From the IMG/VR virus record IMGVR_UViG_3300008459_000050, positions 1-57,915 of that record: DNA of 57,915 nucleotides; one strand, written 5' to 3'. A model generated the notes under the pieces. That model had not been told where the DNA came from. It saw only the letters and a list, made by a program, of their open reading frames with translations, and did not search any database. The translations under genes and the position numbers were made by a program. Numbering within the stretch: position 1 is the first letter of the stretch; every line of letters starts with the position of its first letter. Shown in pieces: positions 57,366-57,915 of this stretch. This DNA is from a virus. Its lineage: Duplodnaviria; Caudoviricetes.

Positions 57366-57915
57366 TAAATTCCTCTTACGTTTGGATAAGTTTCTTTAAA
57401 CCATTTACAAGTTTTGTTGATCCCAACTTCTATTGATGTATATTCAAAATTTCCTACTATATTTAAGAAATTACTATTTGAAGTTGGCTTACGTACTTGA
57501 CCTTTTGGTTTTGAAGAATCATATACTATATCACCATTATAATCTAATTCTTTGCAAATTAAAGAAATAATATCTTTTAATTTAAATTCTTTTGTGTTAC
57601 CAATATTCAGTGGATCACCTGAATAATTCATATCTAATAGTTTTTTTATAGCTCTGGCAATATCTTCTGCGTAGGTAAATTCACGATAAATTTCACCATC
57701 ACCCCAAACTTCAAATGAGCTTTTGTTGTTTATTTTAGCTTCCCAAATCTTTCTGATTAGTGCTGGGATGACATGACCATTCTCAAGATCAAAATTATCG
57801 TGCTCACCGTACATGTTGTTTGGGATAACTGAGAAATACTCAGTACCGTATTGTTGATTTGATGCTTTTAATTGAACATCAACCATGCGTTTTGCATAAG
57901 CATATCCAAAATTAG
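57365..57915 (-). CDS. fcl: GDP-L-fucose synthase (5' truncated by window edge)
   Basis: NFGYAYAK, PNNMYGEHDNF, HVIPALIRK, WGDG...REF. Confidence 0.9.
   Translation of the reverse strand, partial: NFGYAYAKRMVDVQLKASNQQYGTEYFSVIPNNMYGEHDNFDLENGHVIPALIRKIWEAKINNKSSFEVWGDGEIYREFTYAEDIARAIKKLLDMNYSGDPLNIGNTKEFKLKDIISLICKELDYNGDIVYDSSKPKGQVRKPTSNSNFLNIVGNFEYTSIEVGINKTCKWFKETYPNVRGI

Noticed and set aside
1-57915. Stop-codon reassignment, as in some huge phages
   Set aside because: Genes are full length and tightly packed in the standard code; TAA, TAG and TGA all end genes at sensible positions

Overview
AT-rich (about 30% GC by eye), gene-dense segment of a large T4-like (huge/jumbo) myophage. 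Essentially all real genes are on the minus strand and read in the standard genetic code. In transcription order (right to left) it encodes: nucleotide-sugar enzymes (GDP-L-fucose synthase, NAD-dependent epimerase), a gp55-like sigma factor, baseplate/tail genes (SLT, spike, gp25, gp6, a 2741-aa wedge, tail completion protein, fibres), RuvC, primase, a fused Mre11-Rad50, a holin/spanin-like cassette, terminase, an intein-bearing portal, a decayed tRNA-Tyr, a GIY-YIG homing endonuclease, an intein-bearing prohead protease and a bS21-like protein. Four signals go beyond routine annotation. (1) A [S/T]-[G/A/S]-S tripeptide is strongly enriched in a subset of tail/baseplate proteins, with sugar-nucleotide genes in the same gene block, suggesting a virion glycosylation sequon. 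(2) An unannotated 25-aa Cys-Cys peptide has its own promoter motif, SD and terminator directly ahead of the prohead protease. (3) A recurrent ACTANTTA motif looks like a late promoter. (4) Orphan proteins share terminal K-I-x-I tags next to gp21-type cleavage sites. All family calls come from motif recognition by eye, with no database searches.
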